Notes: generated by a model not told the origin, from the sequence alone. Shown: positions 27,505 to 38,511, counted from the first letter of the stretch. The stretch is DNA of 64,000 bases from Thermodesulfobacteriota bacterium (GCA_963675595.2 CAXXLZ010000002.1:64001-128000); one strand, 5' to 3'. Numbers and translations: made by a program.

Positions 27505-28387
27505 CTTGACCCGCCTCCGAGCGTTGCTTTTCGAGGTTTTCGATCAGGCTCTTCTCTATCCGTTGAAATTGTTCATCAAGCCTTGCGTCCAGATCGCCGA
27601 AAGACGTTTCCACCACGGCCCCACCTCTCGGAATGGCGGGATCGGCCTGAAAGGTCAGGTCCCGAATGTCGGGAATCCCGTCCAGCAGTTCCGCCTGAGC
27701 CGACTTGGCCCTCTCGGCATCCGATGGGTGGAGTCTGATCACGACGGAATCCTTGTCGGTCACCCTCTTGAGCACGTGCCTGAGGTTCTGAATGATGACA
27801 TCCGGATTCTGAAGTACCTCCGCATGGATGACTTTGCGGGCAACGGCCAAAGACAGCCGGACGATCTCCGAATCCATATCCCCCAAGCTCGAGGCAGCCA
27901 CCTCTTTGAATTCCACCAGAGCCTTTTCAAGCGCCTTTATGGCCGATTCAAAACGTTTCTCCCCGATCTCGATTCCCGTTTTTTCCCCTTGCTTATACCC
28001 GCTCTCGTAGGCCTCCCGCTCGATGTGCGCCGCCTTTTCTTGAGATTCCTTGAGCATCTTCTCGGAATCCGTCTTGGCCTGCCGCAGTATCTCCTCCGCT
28101 TCACGCTCCTCTGCGCGAGGTTTGGGGGGGGCCTTTCTCGGTTTGGACTTCTCGACCGGAGCCGGCTGCTCGATTTCGGGTTCGCTCGGAACCGGCTTCT
28201 CTTCCACCGGCGGTTCCGGGCTCACTATCGACGCGAGCAGCGGCTGGAATCCGGGTTGGATCGATGCGCCGTTTCCATGATGTCCCGAAGCACGACCGCT
28301 CATATCCGGAGGCTCCAGGGGAATCATGACGCTCTCACTCGCCGTGGTCCCCTCGGTGCCGAACATCCGCTTAAACAAGGACTTCAT
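27491..28387 (-). CDS. fliH: Flagellar assembly protein FliH
   Basis: AYESGYKQGEKTG GxxxG repeats, IRLHPSD, GGAVVETSFG. Confidence 0.93.
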   Translation of the reverse strand: MKSLFKRMFGTEGTTASESVMIPLEPPDMSGRASGHHGNGASIQPGFQPLLASIVSPEPPVEEKPVPSEPEIEQPAPVEKSKPRKAPPKPRAEEREAEEILRQAKTDSEKMLKESQEKAAHIEREAYESGYKQGEKTGIEIGEKRFESAIKALEKALVEFKEVAASSLGDMDSEIVRLSLAVARKVIHAEVLQNPDVIIQNLRHVLKRVTDKDSVVIRLHPSDAERAKSAQAELLDGIPDIRDLTFQADPAIPRGGAVVETSFGDLDARLDEQFQRIEKSLIENLEKQRSEAGQDATG

Positions 28388-29408
28388 CCCCGCCCTTTCC
28401 GGCCACTACGATCCTACCCTCCTCTTCCAGTTTACGAGCCACGCGAATGATTTCCTGCTGAGACGTTTCAACGTCGGAAAGTCTCGTCGGCCCCATGGCT
28501 TCCATGTCTTCCATAAGCATTTCCGAAGCGCGCGAGCTCATGTTCCGGAGGAATTTCTCCTTCACTTCCTCCGTGGCTCCCCTCAAGGCGATGGCGAGCG
28601 TCTTGGAGTCGATCTCCCTCAGCAGTTGCTGTACCCCGCGGTCATCCACACTGTTCAGGTCTTCAAACACAAACATAAGTTTGCGGATCTCGTCTGCGAG
28701 CGCGGGATTGATCTCCTCCATGTGGGCCAGGACCTCTTTTTCCGACTGGGTATCCAACTGGTTCAGGATCTCCGCCACCGGTTGAGCCCCCCCCATCTTC
28801 TTTCCAAGTCCGGCGGAAATCTGAAGTTCGTTCTTGAGGACATGGGCCACTTCCTGAAGAACGTCCGAGGGAACCTGGTCCAATTCCGCCATCCTCATCA
28901 TGATTTCGTTCTTCATTTCCTGGCCTAGATGGCTCAGCACCACGGCGGCCTTGTCGGGTTGCATGTAGGCCACGACGATGGCGATGGTCTGTGGATGCTC
29001 CCCTTTGATGAAGTCGGCCAGTATATCCGGATCGATGGTTCGGAGAGCGTCAATAATGGTAAGATCTGAAGAAGGCAGTTCCGAGGTCAGATTGGAAATG
29101 ATGTAATCCGCCTGTTCCTTGTCCAATGCGCGCTGGATAAGAGCTTTGGCGTATTCGGCGCCACCGCTGAGAACCCCCTCGTCACTCGACATCAGTTCCG
29201 AGAACTCCTCGGCCACCCTACGTACCAGGGCCACGGGAACGTCGTCCATCTGACTCATACGATTCGAGATCAGATGGATTTCTCTAGGATTCATCCTCCT
29301 CATGATATTTGCGGCGGCTGAGGGATCCATGCTCAGAAGCAGAACCGCCGCTTTATCCACGTCGGGCATCCCCGAAGAATCCCCGCTCTTCGATTTCTTA
29401 TCGCTCAT
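28371..29408 (-). CDS. fliG: Motor switch protein FliG
   Basis: KAAVLLL, EHPQTIA, MFVFEDL, NMSSRA. Confidence 0.97.
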   Translation of the reverse strand: MSDKKSKSGDSSGMPDVDKAAVLLLSMDPSAAANIMRRMNPREIHLISNRMSQMDDVPVALVRRVAEEFSELMSSDEGVLSGGAEYAKALIQRALDKEQADYIISNLTSELPSSDLTIIDALRTIDPDILADFIKGEHPQTIAIVVAYMQPDKAAVVLSHLGQEMKNEIMMRMAELDQVPSDVLQEVAHVLKNELQISAGLGKKMGGAQPVAEILNQLDTQSEKEVLAHMEEINPALADEIRKLMFVFEDLNSVDDRGVQQLLREIDSKTLAIALRGATEEVKEKFLRNMSSRASEMLMEDMEAMGPTRLSDVETSQQEIIRVARKLEEEGRIVVAGKGGDEVLV

Positions 29409-29415
29409 GACAGGC

Positions 29416-31008
29416 TCACCTGATCCAGGCCCGGATCAATTGGACCATCTTGTCCGGATCATTTTCGGCCAAAGCGTTGATCTCCGCCAACAGATCCCTC
29501 TTTTCGGCCACTTCTTCCTCGGGCGCTTCGAGAGCTTCCAATCTCGCCCGTTCCTCATCGGTAAGCAGCCGTTCTTCTGGAATCTCCTCTTCCTTGGCAA
29601 GAAGTTGCCTGAGCATGGGGCGCACCACGAAGAAGATCACCAACAAGGCCAACAGCAGGATCACCGCATATTTGACGTAGGATGCGATCATCTTCCTCCG
29701 CTCCAATTCGCCGAGGAGACGTTCCGCGTCCACTTCTTCAGCCATATGTTTGAAGGGCAGGTTGACCACCGTGACACGGTCGCCCCTCAATTCATCGTAA
29801 CCGATGGCATTTTCGACCATCCGTCTGTATTTCTCAAGTTCCTCGTCCGTCCGAGGAACATACTTCATGAAATCCTTGCCGACGTCGTCGGTTTCTTTTT
29901 GGTAAGAGCCGTCCACCATCACGGCGACGCTCAACTTCTCGATGCTGCCCGCCGGCACTCGATTATTCTGAACGACCCGGGTGATCTCGTAATTGATCGT
30001 TTCCACCTGTTTCCGGTAGATGTCCCGAGCGGTTGTGCCCTGCTCCTGGTCCAGCCCTTCCACATTGGGCCTGACCCCGGGAACGCCCGCGGGATTCATC
30101 TGACCGCCAATGGATTCCTCATTTTGGCGCTGCTCGCTTCGGACCGCGGTTTTATCCGGATCATAGATCTCCCGCGTTTCATCCGTGGACGTGAAGTCGA
30201 TATTCGCGTCCACACGGGCCGTCACCTTGTCTTTGCCCAGCGTCTGCTCGAGGAGGCTAGTGATCTTCTGCTGGATGGATTTTTCGATCTTGGCTTTGAG
30301 TTCCTGCTGCGATTGGGAGAGGATGCCGGTAACCGTACTTTCGGATCCATCATATAAGATATTCCCCGAAGAGTCCACAATGGACACGTTCCCGGCCCGC
30401 AACCCCTCGACACTTCCAGTCAACAGATTCACGATTCCTTTGACTTGAGCCCTGGTCAGCAAAGCGGCGCGATCCAAACCGAGCACCACGGATGCTGTGG
30501 CCGGTTCCTGAGCATCTTCGAACAACGCCCTTTCCGGGATGACGATGTGCACCCTCGCCGTTTTGACTTCCTCCAAATGCGCGATGGTGCGCGCCAATTC
30601 TCCTTCAAGCGCCCTGCGGTAATTGAGCTTCTGCACAAACTCGCTCATGCCGAGCTTGGCTTCGTCGAAAAGTTCGTAGCCGATGTTTCCTCCCTGAGGA
30701 ATACCCTGCCCGGCCAAACTAAGACGAACGTCGTAATAATTCTCCACGGGCACCAGGACGGTAGTGCCGTTGTCGGAAAGCCTGTAAGGAGTCTTGGAGG
30801 CCTTGAGCGACTCTACAATGGCATTGGCGTCCTGCGGAGAAAGGTCGGTGTACAAGATACGGTATTCCACCTGACTGCCCCACAAAATAACGGCGATCAG
30901 CCCTCCCACCACCATTAGAAGGACCAACACGAAACTGATTTTGCGGGCAAGGGACAGGCTTCCGATGAATTCTGCGGCCTGCCGATACAGCCTTTTCAAG
31001 AAGTCCAC
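29416..31008 (-). CDS. fliF: MS-ring protein FliF
   Basis: GYELFD, RALEGELARTI, ARVHIVIP, ASVVL; two TM segments. Confidence 0.97.
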   Translation of the reverse strand: MDFLKRLYRQAAEFIGSLSLARKISFVLVLLMVVGGLIAVILWGSQVEYRILYTDLSPQDANAIVESLKASKTPYRLSDNGTTVLVPVENYYDVRLSLAGQGIPQGGNIGYELFDEAKLGMSEFVQKLNYRRALEGELARTIAHLEEVKTARVHIVIPERALFEDAQEPATASVVLGLDRAALLTRAQVKGIVNLLTGSVEGLRAGNVSIVDSSGNILYDGSESTVTGILSQSQQELKAKIEKSIQQKITSLLEQTLGKDKVTARVDANIDFTSTDETREIYDPDKTAVRSEQRQNEESIGGQMNPAGVPGVRPNVEGLDQEQGTTARDIYRKQVETINYEITRVVQNNRVPAGSIEKLSVAVMVDGSYQKETDDVGKDFMKYVPRTDEELEKYRRMVENAIGYDELRGDRVTVVNLPFKHMAEEVDAERLLGELERRKMIASYVKYAVILLLALLVIFFVVRPMLRQLLAKEEEIPEERLLTDEERARLEALEAPEEEVAEKRDLLAEINALAENDPDKMVQLIRAWIR

Positions 31009-31196
31009 TGTTTCACTCGCTCATGAGAATTCAGGCGAACCGTCCACCTGAAAGACGTTTCGAAGCTCCGAGGCTTATCCCCGGCGACCCCATGACCGTA
31101 ATGGTCCTCGTCGCAAGGCGGAACACAACCCGATAAGGGTTGCAGTTTTCATCCGGTCTTGAGGGATGCGACGAGACTCAAGAGCTCATTCGGAAA

Positions 31197-31505
31197 TTAG
31201 ACCTGCATTCGGAGCACTTCCCTGTAAGCATCGACAACCTTGTTTCGAACCTGCATCATCAGCCGGAAGGAAAGGTTGGCCTTTTCCAGGGCGATCATGG
31301 TCTGATGGATGTTCTTGTTCCCACCGGTCGTCATTTCAGCGACGGCTTCGTTGGCCTCGGACTGGAGCCGATTGACTTTTTTGAACTCGCCTTTGAGCGT
31401 ATCGGCGAAATTCATCGGCTCGGAATTGGGGTCCGCGGACGCCTTAACCTGATCCTTGGGGCCCTGCACCATCAAACGGCCCGCTTTCAGCATCTCCAGT
31501 TCCAT
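31197..31505 (-). CDS. fliE: Basal body protein FliE
   Basis: QVRNKVVDAYREVLRMQV. Confidence 0.96.
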   Translation of the reverse strand: MELEMLKAGRLMVQGPKDQVKASADPNSEPMNFADTLKGEFKKVNRLQSEANEAVAEMTTGGNKNIHQTMIALEKANLSFRLMMQVRNKVVDAYREVLRMQV

Positions 31506-31552
31506 ATGCTCCCTCCGTCCTCATTGCTTTGGTGCCGACTGAATGCACCGAC

Positions 31553-31990
31553 TTAACGACCGAGCTCCAGAGCCCGCTGAGCCATCGACCGGCTGGTCCC
31601 CGCCACGGCGAGGTTGGCTTCGTAAGCTCGGGAAGCGTCCATCATGTTCACCATTTCGTACACCAAATCCACATTGGGCATGGTCACATAACCCTCGGCA
31701 TCGGCATGCGGATGATGAGGATTGAAGACTTTCCTGAAAGGCGCCTGGCTTCTGGTGATCTCGGCGACCCTGCACTCGCTGATATTTCTCGAGGCAACGG
31801 CGTCTAATTCCCTTTCAAATGCGTTCCTTTTGGGCACCGCCTCAAAAACGACCTCACGCTTTTGGTAGGGCCCCCCCTCGGGCGTTTTGGTGGTATGAAT
31901 GTTCGCCATGTTCGAAGCGATGACATTCAATCGAATCTTCTGAGCGGTAAGCGCCGAGCCGCTCAGTTCCATTGCGGTAAACAGGTCCAT
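31553..31990 (-). CDS. flgC: Rod protein FlgC
   Basis: SNMANIHTT, GGPYQKR, PHADAEGYVTMPNV, ASRAYEAN. Confidence 0.97.
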   Translation of the reverse strand: MDLFTAMELSGSALTAQKIRLNVIASNMANIHTTKTPEGGPYQKREVVFEAVPKRNAFERELDAVASRNISECRVAEITRSQAPFRKVFNPHHPHADAEGYVTMPNVDLVYEMVNMMDASRAYEANLAVAGTSRSMAQRALELGR

Positions 31991-31991
31991 C

Positions 31992-32399
31992 TTAACTCCC
32001 CGATTCCGTGATGCTGTACTCAAGCAGCTTGTCCTTCCTGTTCAAGGCCTGAAGCAATACGGAATACATCAGGTTATTGCGGCCCATCTTTCCCAACTCC
32101 TTTTCGATATCCACGGAGTTGAGATCGTTCTTGATCGCCGGCTGGTTCGGGACCACCAGGTCCGGAACTATTTCGGAAATGGATTCCGAATGTCCCAAGT
32201 GATTCTTGTGAGTCTTTTTCAAACTCATGGAGTCCGACCCGACCGCGGCCCTCAGCTTGTTCTCAAAGGAAATATCCTTGCTTCGATAACCCGGCGTGTT
32301 GATGTTGGCGATGTTTCCCGCGATCAATCCGTGTCGCTGTAAACGGAAATCCAGGGCTTTTTCTACCAGCGCCTTCATGCGTTCATCGTTGATTTCCAT
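31992..32399 (-). CDS. flgB: Rod protein FlgB
   Basis: AGNIANINTPGY, DLNSVDIEKE. Confidence 0.96.
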   Translation of the reverse strand: MEINDERMKALVEKALDFRLQRHGLIAGNIANINTPGYRSKDISFENKLRAAVGSDSMSLKKTHKNHLGHSESISEIVPDLVVPNQPAIKNDLNSVDIEKELGKMGRNNLMYSVLLQALNRKDKLLEYSITESGS

Positions 32400-32425
32400 A
32401 CCGAGAACCTCCTATCGCCGATGAA

Positions 32426-32442
32426 AGCAATATCCGTGCCCC
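32426..32442 (-). promoter_or_regulatory. sigma54 promoter for the flgB operon
   Basis: Minus strand GGGGCAC-GGATA-TTGCT. Confidence 0.7.
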
Positions 32443-32464
32443 GGCTTCAATCCGCTGGAAACAG

Positions 32465-32494
32465 AAAAAAAGAAACCGGCCTCTCGGCCGGTTC
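32465..32494 (-). terminator. Rho-independent terminator after the sigma54 regulator
   Basis: Minus strand gaaccggcc-gaga-ggccggttt followed by a T-run. Confidence 0.75.
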
Positions 32495-32523
32495 ATTGAA
32501 GCGAAATCGTTTGATTCATAACG

Positions 32524-33918
32524 TCAGATATCGGGAATCTCTCCCTTCTCCCGGTATTCATTGATCTTATTGCGCAGAGTCCGAATGCTGATCCCGAGCA
32601 TTTTGGCGGCGTGTGTCCGGTTGCCGTCCACCTTGCTCAAAGTATGCAGAATCATGCTCTTTTCCACCTCTCTCATTGTATGCCCGGCCTGAAATGTGAT
32701 TACGTCTTCGGAAACCGTCCGGGTCGCCTGCACCGCGACGGGCTCGTCGAAAAGCAACAAATGCTCCCGGTCGATGGGCTCGTCCAAGGAAATCAGTACC
32801 GCCCGTTCAATCGTGTTCTGAAGCTCCCTCACATTTCCGTTCCAATCGTGAGCGGCTAACGCCTCCATGGCACCTTTCGTCAATTCTTTGACCGCCTTGC
32901 CGTTTCGCTCACAGGCCTCCTCGGTGAAGTGACGAATGAGGAGAGGAATATCTTCCGTTCGCTCCCGAAGCGGCGGAATCCGCAGTGGGATCACATTCAA
33001 CCGATAATACAAGTCCTCCCGAAACCTCCCCTCGCTCACTTCCTTCTTCAGATCCCGGTTGGTCGTGGCCACCACCCGTACATCCAGCCTCATGGACTTT
33101 CTGCCGCCCACCCGAGTAATTTCGTATTCCTGCAATACCCGGAGGAGCTTGGCTTGAAGGGGGACCGCCATTTCACTGATTTCGTCCAGCAGCAGGGTCC
33201 CACGGTCCGCCAATTCGAACTTTCCGACGCGCTGATAGACCGCACCCGTGAAGGCTCCCTTCTCGTGGCCGAATAATTCGCTTTCAAGCAGGTTGTCCGG
33301 AATGGCGGCACAATTGACTGCGACAAACAGACCGATGGAGCGATTTCCCGATTCGTGCAGAAGCTTGGCGAACAGTTCTTTGCCGGTGCCGCTTTCTCCT
33401 TGAATGAGAACGCACGCACGGCTTGAAGCCACGCTCCGTGTCAGTTCGATGAGACGCAGCATGGTGGGGTTCTGAGTGACTATGACCGGACCTTCCCGAG
33501 TCCCGGACACGGCCCGACTTCGCGTTCTTTCTTGCTTGCGCTCGGAAATGGCGCTCAACAGCGTTTCCACCTCTTCCGGAGGAAACGGTTTCTGCAAGAA
33601 ATCAAGCGCCCCGCTTTTCATGGCTTCAACGGCCGTCTCCACATCACGACGTCCGGACATGAGAATCACCGGCGGCTCTTCACCCACCTCGCGAATCTTC
33701 CTCAGAAGATATAGGCCGTCTTTCGCCGGCAGGTCGAAGTCGGCTATCACGAGGTCGAGGGCCCCCTCGTTCACTATCTTCAGAGCCTGACTTGCGTTCT
33801 CAGCGATTTCAACCGTGCAGCCCGCAAGATCAAGCACCTGCTTCAACGCGTTTCGCGTCTCCGGTCCGCTGTCCACCACCAGAACTCGGGCTTCCATCCG
33901 CACATTATCCTCGATCAT
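32524..33918 (-). CDS. sigma54-dependent response regulator (FleR/FlgR-like)
   Basis: REC domain, [24 protein letters not shown], Fis HTH (NRTHAAKMLGISIRTLRNK). Confidence 0.93.
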   Translation of the reverse strand: MIEDNVRMEARVLVVDSGPETRNALKQVLDLAGCTVEIAENASQALKIVNEGALDLVIADFDLPAKDGLYLLRKIREVGEEPPVILMSGRRDVETAVEAMKSGALDFLQKPFPPEEVETLLSAISERKQERTRSRAVSGTREGPVIVTQNPTMLRLIELTRSVASSRACVLIQGESGTGKELFAKLLHESGNRSIGLFVAVNCAAIPDNLLESELFGHEKGAFTGAVYQRVGKFELADRGTLLLDEISEMAVPLQAKLLRVLQEYEITRVGGRKSMRLDVRVVATTNRDLKKEVSEGRFREDLYYRLNVIPLRIPPLRERTEDIPLLIRHFTEEACERNGKAVKELTKGAMEALAAHDWNGNVRELQNTIERAVLISLDEPIDREHLLLFDEPVAVQATRTVSEDVITFQAGHTMREVEKSMILHTLSKVDGNRTHAAKMLGISIRTLRNKINEYREKGEIPDI

Positions 33919-33929
33919 CCTCGAATTCT

Positions 33930-36827
33930 CTAAAGGGCTTCCAGCTCTCCCCTCAGTTTGGATGCTTGATCCATGGCCTGCGCAACCATGGGCCAGATAT
34001 CCGATTTCCCGAATTCGGAAAGTCGTTTCAACGAACTCTTGAACCCATCTTGATCACCCAGCTTCCGCTCCAGAAGAGCCGTTCGATAAGCGGCCCATGC
34101 CCGGTCCGACTCAGGTGCCTTTGATTCTATCACTTCAGAGTAAAGAGAACGAGCAACTTCGTCGGCGCCCTGTTTCGCTAGTTCATCCGCAAGAAACAGG
34201 TTGCAGTCCGTCAGGAACCGGGTGGCGTATTCCGGTTCCGAGTCTTCCGGAAGCAGGGTTCGCGCTCTGTTGACAAAGTGCACCGCATTGGAGGTCAGCC
34301 CGGTCTCTTTGTAGAGCTTTCCGAGATCAAAGGAGGCTTTGGCGGCCACAAGGTCGCCTCCGGCCTTCCCCGGGGGAATCAGCTCGGAAAAAGTCGCCGC
34401 GGCTGCAGGATAATCAAGCGCCCGCCACAAATGTTCAGCCAACTGCAATTGGAATTCCCGCCTATTCTTCCCATTGGGAAACCGCTCGATATAGGTTCGG
34501 AGCAGGCGGGCGGCGTCTTCGCTGTTGCCTCTGAGCGTTTCCCAACGAAACAGGTCCGACAACGCGGCCTGCTCCAAGTGGGGATTCGAAGTCGTCTCGA
34601 TCGCTTTTTCCCCGAGATTCACCGCTTCCTTAAGCAAGTCCAATGCGGCATAGCTCTCGGCTAGATTATAAAGCAGGAAATCGTCCTCGGTTGCAATACC
34701 CATGGGAAGAAAAACGGTTTCATAAGTCTTCACGACATCAAAATCGTCCTTGTCCCGTTTCATCAGCATAACCAACCGCCGGAATACGGGCGTCACTTCC
34801 TCCCTGGCTTTGACGCTCAAAGGGCTGTCCGGAAATTCCCTCAACAGTTCGGCATAAGTATCCAGGGATCGACGATACCGTGCCAGTTCCATCTGCCCCC
34901 GGGCGAGGGCGTAATATACCTCATCAAGTATTTCGAGCGGCGCTGTCTGAACCATTCGCCGGAGTACCTCTATAGGTTCCAGTATGGTGTCGATCTGACT
35001 CGGAGGAAGATCCGCGCGAATCGGCATCTTCGCAATGGCCATTTGAGCAAGGCGAATCCTTGCCCGATACGCCAACGGGGTTTCGGGAAAAAGCTCCGCC
35101 AAGAGCGCGTAGGTGGTGGCCGCTTTGTCCACTTCGCCAGCATTATCATAGGAACGCGCCAATTCCATCAGAGCTTCATTGGCCTCTTCGCTGTCGGGAT
35201 GAATGTTTACCGCCATCAGGAACAAATCCGTGGCGTCCCCTATCCGATTCTTGGCCCTCAGACTTCGGCCCATGGTAAGCAGCGTTCCCGCCGATAGTTG
35301 AACCAGAAGCTCGGGCCATTCCTTGAAAGCTCGTTCAAAAATGGTTTCGGCTTCATCGGGCTTCCCCAGAAACGCCAAGCATTCACCGTACCTAACCAGT
35401 GCACGCTTGTAAAGCTCGCTGTCCGGATACTTGTTCATCAGTCGGCTGTAAGCAGCCCGAGCCTCATCGTATCTCCGCACCTGGAAAGCCGCTTCTCCTT
35501 CCCAGAACAGGGCCTCTTCCGCCCGGGGACTCGTGGGAAAGCGATTGAGTACGCGCCGAAACTGTCCCAGTGCCTCGTAATAAAGGCCAAGTCTCATGTA
35601 GGCTTTTCCCGCCCGCAGAATGGCATCGGGCAACCATGGAGCATCGGGCACCTTAGCGGCTGCGTCCATGAACGCGTCCACTACGGCATCGAACTCAACC
35701 TTCCCTTCCTCTGCCAGGATTTCCAGCCAAAGGGCTCTCAAATAGAGCCCTTCCTCATGCACTTCTCTGGGCGGATTCTCACGGAGAGTTCTCTCCAGGG
35801 AACGAAGAGCCTCCTCAACCCTTCCCATCTCCACCAGCAATCGTTCCTTGCCGAAACTCACCTGCGATACCGGAAGCTTGGATTCCTCCGACTCCTCAGC
35901 CACGGGAACCCGCACTTTCTTCCTCAGTTCGTGTGTGCTTTGTGAGGGTACTTTTCCGGAATGGCGCTCCGGTTCCTGGGCGTTGGCGCGACGAACCTCC
36001 CAAAAGCCGGAGGAGGAGGTCGGCTCGCCCCCTTCCGCGTCGGATTCGGATGGACGTATGATCTGTGCGACTTCCCCGGACGGTGACGGAAACCCGGGCA
36101 GTCCACGAGTCGCGCCTTCCCGAGCTTCGCCTGCGATGCTTCCGGAGACGGCGGCCACGACCGGCTCTCCCGACGGCGGGCCGGTGTTCACAGGTCCCTC
36201 CGCCGCAGAGGGAGAAACCGGGTCATTGCTCCGCAGAGCATGAGCGGTCGAAGTCGACGAAGCGGTCGCCGGTTTGGCGCCTTCCGCCCCGGACACGGGA
36301 CCCTTCCCTTCCGCGTTGTTCGCTCTCCGCTCGGTTCGATCTTCCTGCCGTGCGTTCGAGCTCTTGGGTTCGGCGCTTTCCGAAGCCTTCACGGTACTGA
36401 AATCCATAAACAACCGCGGAGGATCGGGCAAAATGCCTTGGCCTGCCAGTCTTAAGTCCGAACGCACGTCCAGGATGCAGTCGAGGCGGTGATTCGATTT
36501 GGGATTCAGCTCAACCCGACCGACATCCTTCGGCAGAAGAATGTCTTTGGCCGTGACGCCCGATTCCACATCGAATAAGTGAACCCTGAATCGATTTGGA
36601 TTTCTGTGCGTCAATACATATTGGGGTTCCGCCGAAAAGTCCAATACGATCCGAACTCCGTCCGTCGTTTTCCCAAATCGTATGTTTTTCAGCATTCCCG
36701 TGGGTTTTTTTGCTCCCTTAGCCTCCTTTATGGGTGCAAACGTGCAGCACAACGCAAGGCATACAAGGAGGGTCACCCACATATCCCGAGCGCTTCTTCC
36801 CGCCTGACTTGTCCGTATTTCTTTCAT
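33930..36827 (-). CDS. Exported AMIN-like/TPR-repeat protein
   Basis: Signal-peptide-like N-terminus, IRFG...RIVLDF domain, low-complexity linker, many TPR-like repeats (FPTSPRAEEA, YPDS, FPDSP). Confidence 0.8.
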   Translation of the reverse strand: MKEIRTSQAGRSARDMWVTLLVCLALCCTFAPIKEAKGAKKPTGMLKNIRFGKTTDGVRIVLDFSAEPQYVLTHRNPNRFRVHLFDVESGVTAKDILLPKDVGRVELNPKSNHRLDCILDVRSDLRLAGQGILPDPPRLFMDFSTVKASESAEPKSSNARQEDRTERRANNAEGKGPVSGAEGAKPATASSTSTAHALRSNDPVSPSAAEGPVNTGPPSGEPVVAAVSGSIAGEAREGATRGLPGFPSPSGEVAQIIRPSESDAEGGEPTSSSGFWEVRRANAQEPERHSGKVPSQSTHELRKKVRVPVAEESEESKLPVSQVSFGKERLLVEMGRVEEALRSLERTLRENPPREVHEEGLYLRALWLEILAEEGKVEFDAVVDAFMDAAAKVPDAPWLPDAILRAGKAYMRLGLYYEALGQFRRVLNRFPTSPRAEEALFWEGEAAFQVRRYDEARAAYSRLMNKYPDSELYKRALVRYGECLAFLGKPDEAETIFERAFKEWPELLVQLSAGTLLTMGRSLRAKNRIGDATDLFLMAVNIHPDSEEANEALMELARSYDNAGEVDKAATTYALLAELFPETPLAYRARIRLAQMAIAKMPIRADLPPSQIDTILEPIEVLRRMVQTAPLEILDEVYYALARGQMELARYRRSLDTYAELLREFPDSPLSVKAREEVTPVFRRLVMLMKRDKDDFDVVKTYETVFLPMGIATEDDFLLYNLAESYAALDLLKEAVNLGEKAIETTSNPHLEQAALSDLFRWETLRGNSEDAARLLRTYIERFPNGKNRREFQLQLAEHLWRALDYPAAAATFSELIPPGKAGGDLVAAKASFDLGKLYKETGLTSNAVHFVNRARTLLPEDSEPEYATRFLTDCNLFLADELAKQGADEVARSLYSEVIESKAPESDRAWAAYRTALLERKLGDQDGFKSSLKRLSEFGKSDIWPMVAQAMDQASKLRGELEAL

Positions 36828-36906
36828 GGCATTGGGACTTCTTTGAAAAGGATGGATGTGGTTCGACGCCGCCGCCGGCGCATCTGCGGCTCACGAAGCA
36901 CATACC

Positions 36907-36923
36907 GGCAATTTCCATGCCAC
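36907..36923 (-). promoter_or_regulatory. sigma54 promoter upstream of the TPR gene
   Basis: Minus strand GTGGCAT-GGAAA-TTGCC. Confidence 0.65.
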
Positions 36924-37101
36924 ACCGGCCGAGCCGGATGTTGTGGATCAAGCATCCAGAACCGTTTTCGCTTCAACACGCACGGTGCGGGAGAGTTGCG
37001 AATGAACGCCGCAGAACGACATGCGACAAGTCGGGTCGGAAAATGTAAGGATTGGGGCGATGAAAATATACGGCGGAGTAGGTCGTCAAAACATTGACGG
37101 A

Positions 37102-38511
37102 TCAGTTCTTGACCTGGGCGTCTTTTTCCAAATTGATCCGCTTCATCTTCTCAACAAGCGTGGTTCGCTTCATATCCAGAAGTTTTGCAGCCCGATTCTT
37201 CACCCAATTGGTTCGATCCAGCGCCTCCAGGATCAACTGGCGCTCGAAATTGGTGACGGCGGTGCTGAAATTCACCTCCCCCTGGTGAAACTGACCCCTA
37301 ACCTGCTCGGACACCTCGGGCACCAAAGATTCGTCGGTTTCGAAGGCTCCGAACGGGCCCTCCGGCAGGTCCTCGAGCCGCACCAGTCCTCCGTCCTTCA
37401 TAATGACGGCCCGCTCAATAATGTTTTCCAGTTCTCGAACGTTTCCCGGCCAGTGGTACTCCATGAATGCCGCCGTCACTTCTTCGGAAAAGCCCTCAAT
37501 ATCATGCTCCCTCTTGAAGCGGAACCGCTCCAGGATGGTTTGGGCCAACAATGGAATATCCGATTTTCGCTCGCGAAGGGGCGGGACCTCAATGGGAAAG
37601 ACGTTCAAACGGTAGTAAAGGTCCTCTCTGAATCTTTTCTCCTGAATGGCCGCCGGCAGGTCTTGGTGAGTAGCCGCGATGACCCGCACATCCACTCGGA
37701 TGGGTCCGCCGCCGCCCACACGATCGATGGTCCGTTCCTGGAGAACCCGTAACATCTTGACCTGTAAGGTCAGAGGCATGTCGCCGATCTCGTCGAGGAA
37801 GATGGTCCCCTTATCCGCCATCTCAAATCGACCGATCCGTGTCCGGTGGGCCCCTGTGAAAGCGCCCTTCTCAAACCCGAACAGCTCGCTCTCCAGAAGT
37901 TCCGGGGGAATGGCCCCGCAGTTGAGAGCCACGAGATTCCCTTCGTTACGAGCGCTCAGGTGATGAATCGCTTTGGCGATCAGTTCCTTTCCCGTACCGC
38001 TTTCTCCATGGATCAAGACGGTGCTGTCCGTGGGCGCCACGCGTCTGACCATGTTCAATACGCGCTGCATGCCCAGGGATTCGCCCACGATCGAGTCCAA
38101 ATCGAAGGCCGAGGAGTTCTTTTTGACCTGGTTTTCCACTCGTCTTTTCCGGAGAGCCTCGGAAAGAATGAGCGGAATTTTCTCCAATTCGGAACTCTTG
38201 TCCAAATAGTTCACTGCGCCGAGGCGCATGAATTCCACCGCCGCCTGCACAGAGGGAGTTGATGACCAAACAATTACCGTGGATTCCGGATCGGATCGCC
38301 TGATAAGTTTCAGCGTCTCCGTTCCCTCAAGGTCGGAAGGATTCGAATCGCACAAGATCAGATCGAAAGTCCGTCCCTGGAGAAGATTCAACGTTTCCGC
38401 GCAGCTCCGCGCGATTTCCACGCAACCTTCGGAGCTTTGAAGTCTGCCCGATAGTTCTTGGGCAAGACTTTCGTCGCTTTCCACGATCAGAATACTTGGA
38501 GATTTGGACAT
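37102..38511 (-). CDS. sigma54-dependent transcriptional activator (FleQ/FlrA-like)
   Basis: [44 protein letters not shown]; start set at ATG 38511. Confidence 0.9.
   Translation of the reverse strand: MSKSPSILIVESDESLAQELSGRLQSSEGCVEIARSCAETLNLLQGRTFDLILCDSNPSDLEGTETLKLIRRSDPESTVIVWSSTPSVQAAVEFMRLGAVNYLDKSSELEKIPLILSEALRKRRVENQVKKNSSAFDLDSIVGESLGMQRVLNMVRRVAPTDSTVLIHGESGTGKELIAKAIHHLSARNEGNLVALNCGAIPPELLESELFGFEKGAFTGAHRTRIGRFEMADKGTIFLDEIGDMPLTLQVKMLRVLQERTIDRVGGGGPIRVDVRVIAATHQDLPAAIQEKRFREDLYYRLNVFPIEVPPLRERKSDIPLLAQTILERFRFKREHDIEGFSEEVTAAFMEYHWPGNVRELENIIERAVIMKDGGLVRLEDLPEGPFGAFETDESLVPEVSEQVRGQFHQGEVNFSTAVTNFERQLILEALDRTNWVKNRAAKLLDMKRTTLVEKMKRINLEKDAQVKN

Noticed and set aside
33918-33932. 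Amber read-through fusion of the TPR protein to the sigma54 regulator
   Set aside because: Out of frame; TGA follows four codons after the TAG.
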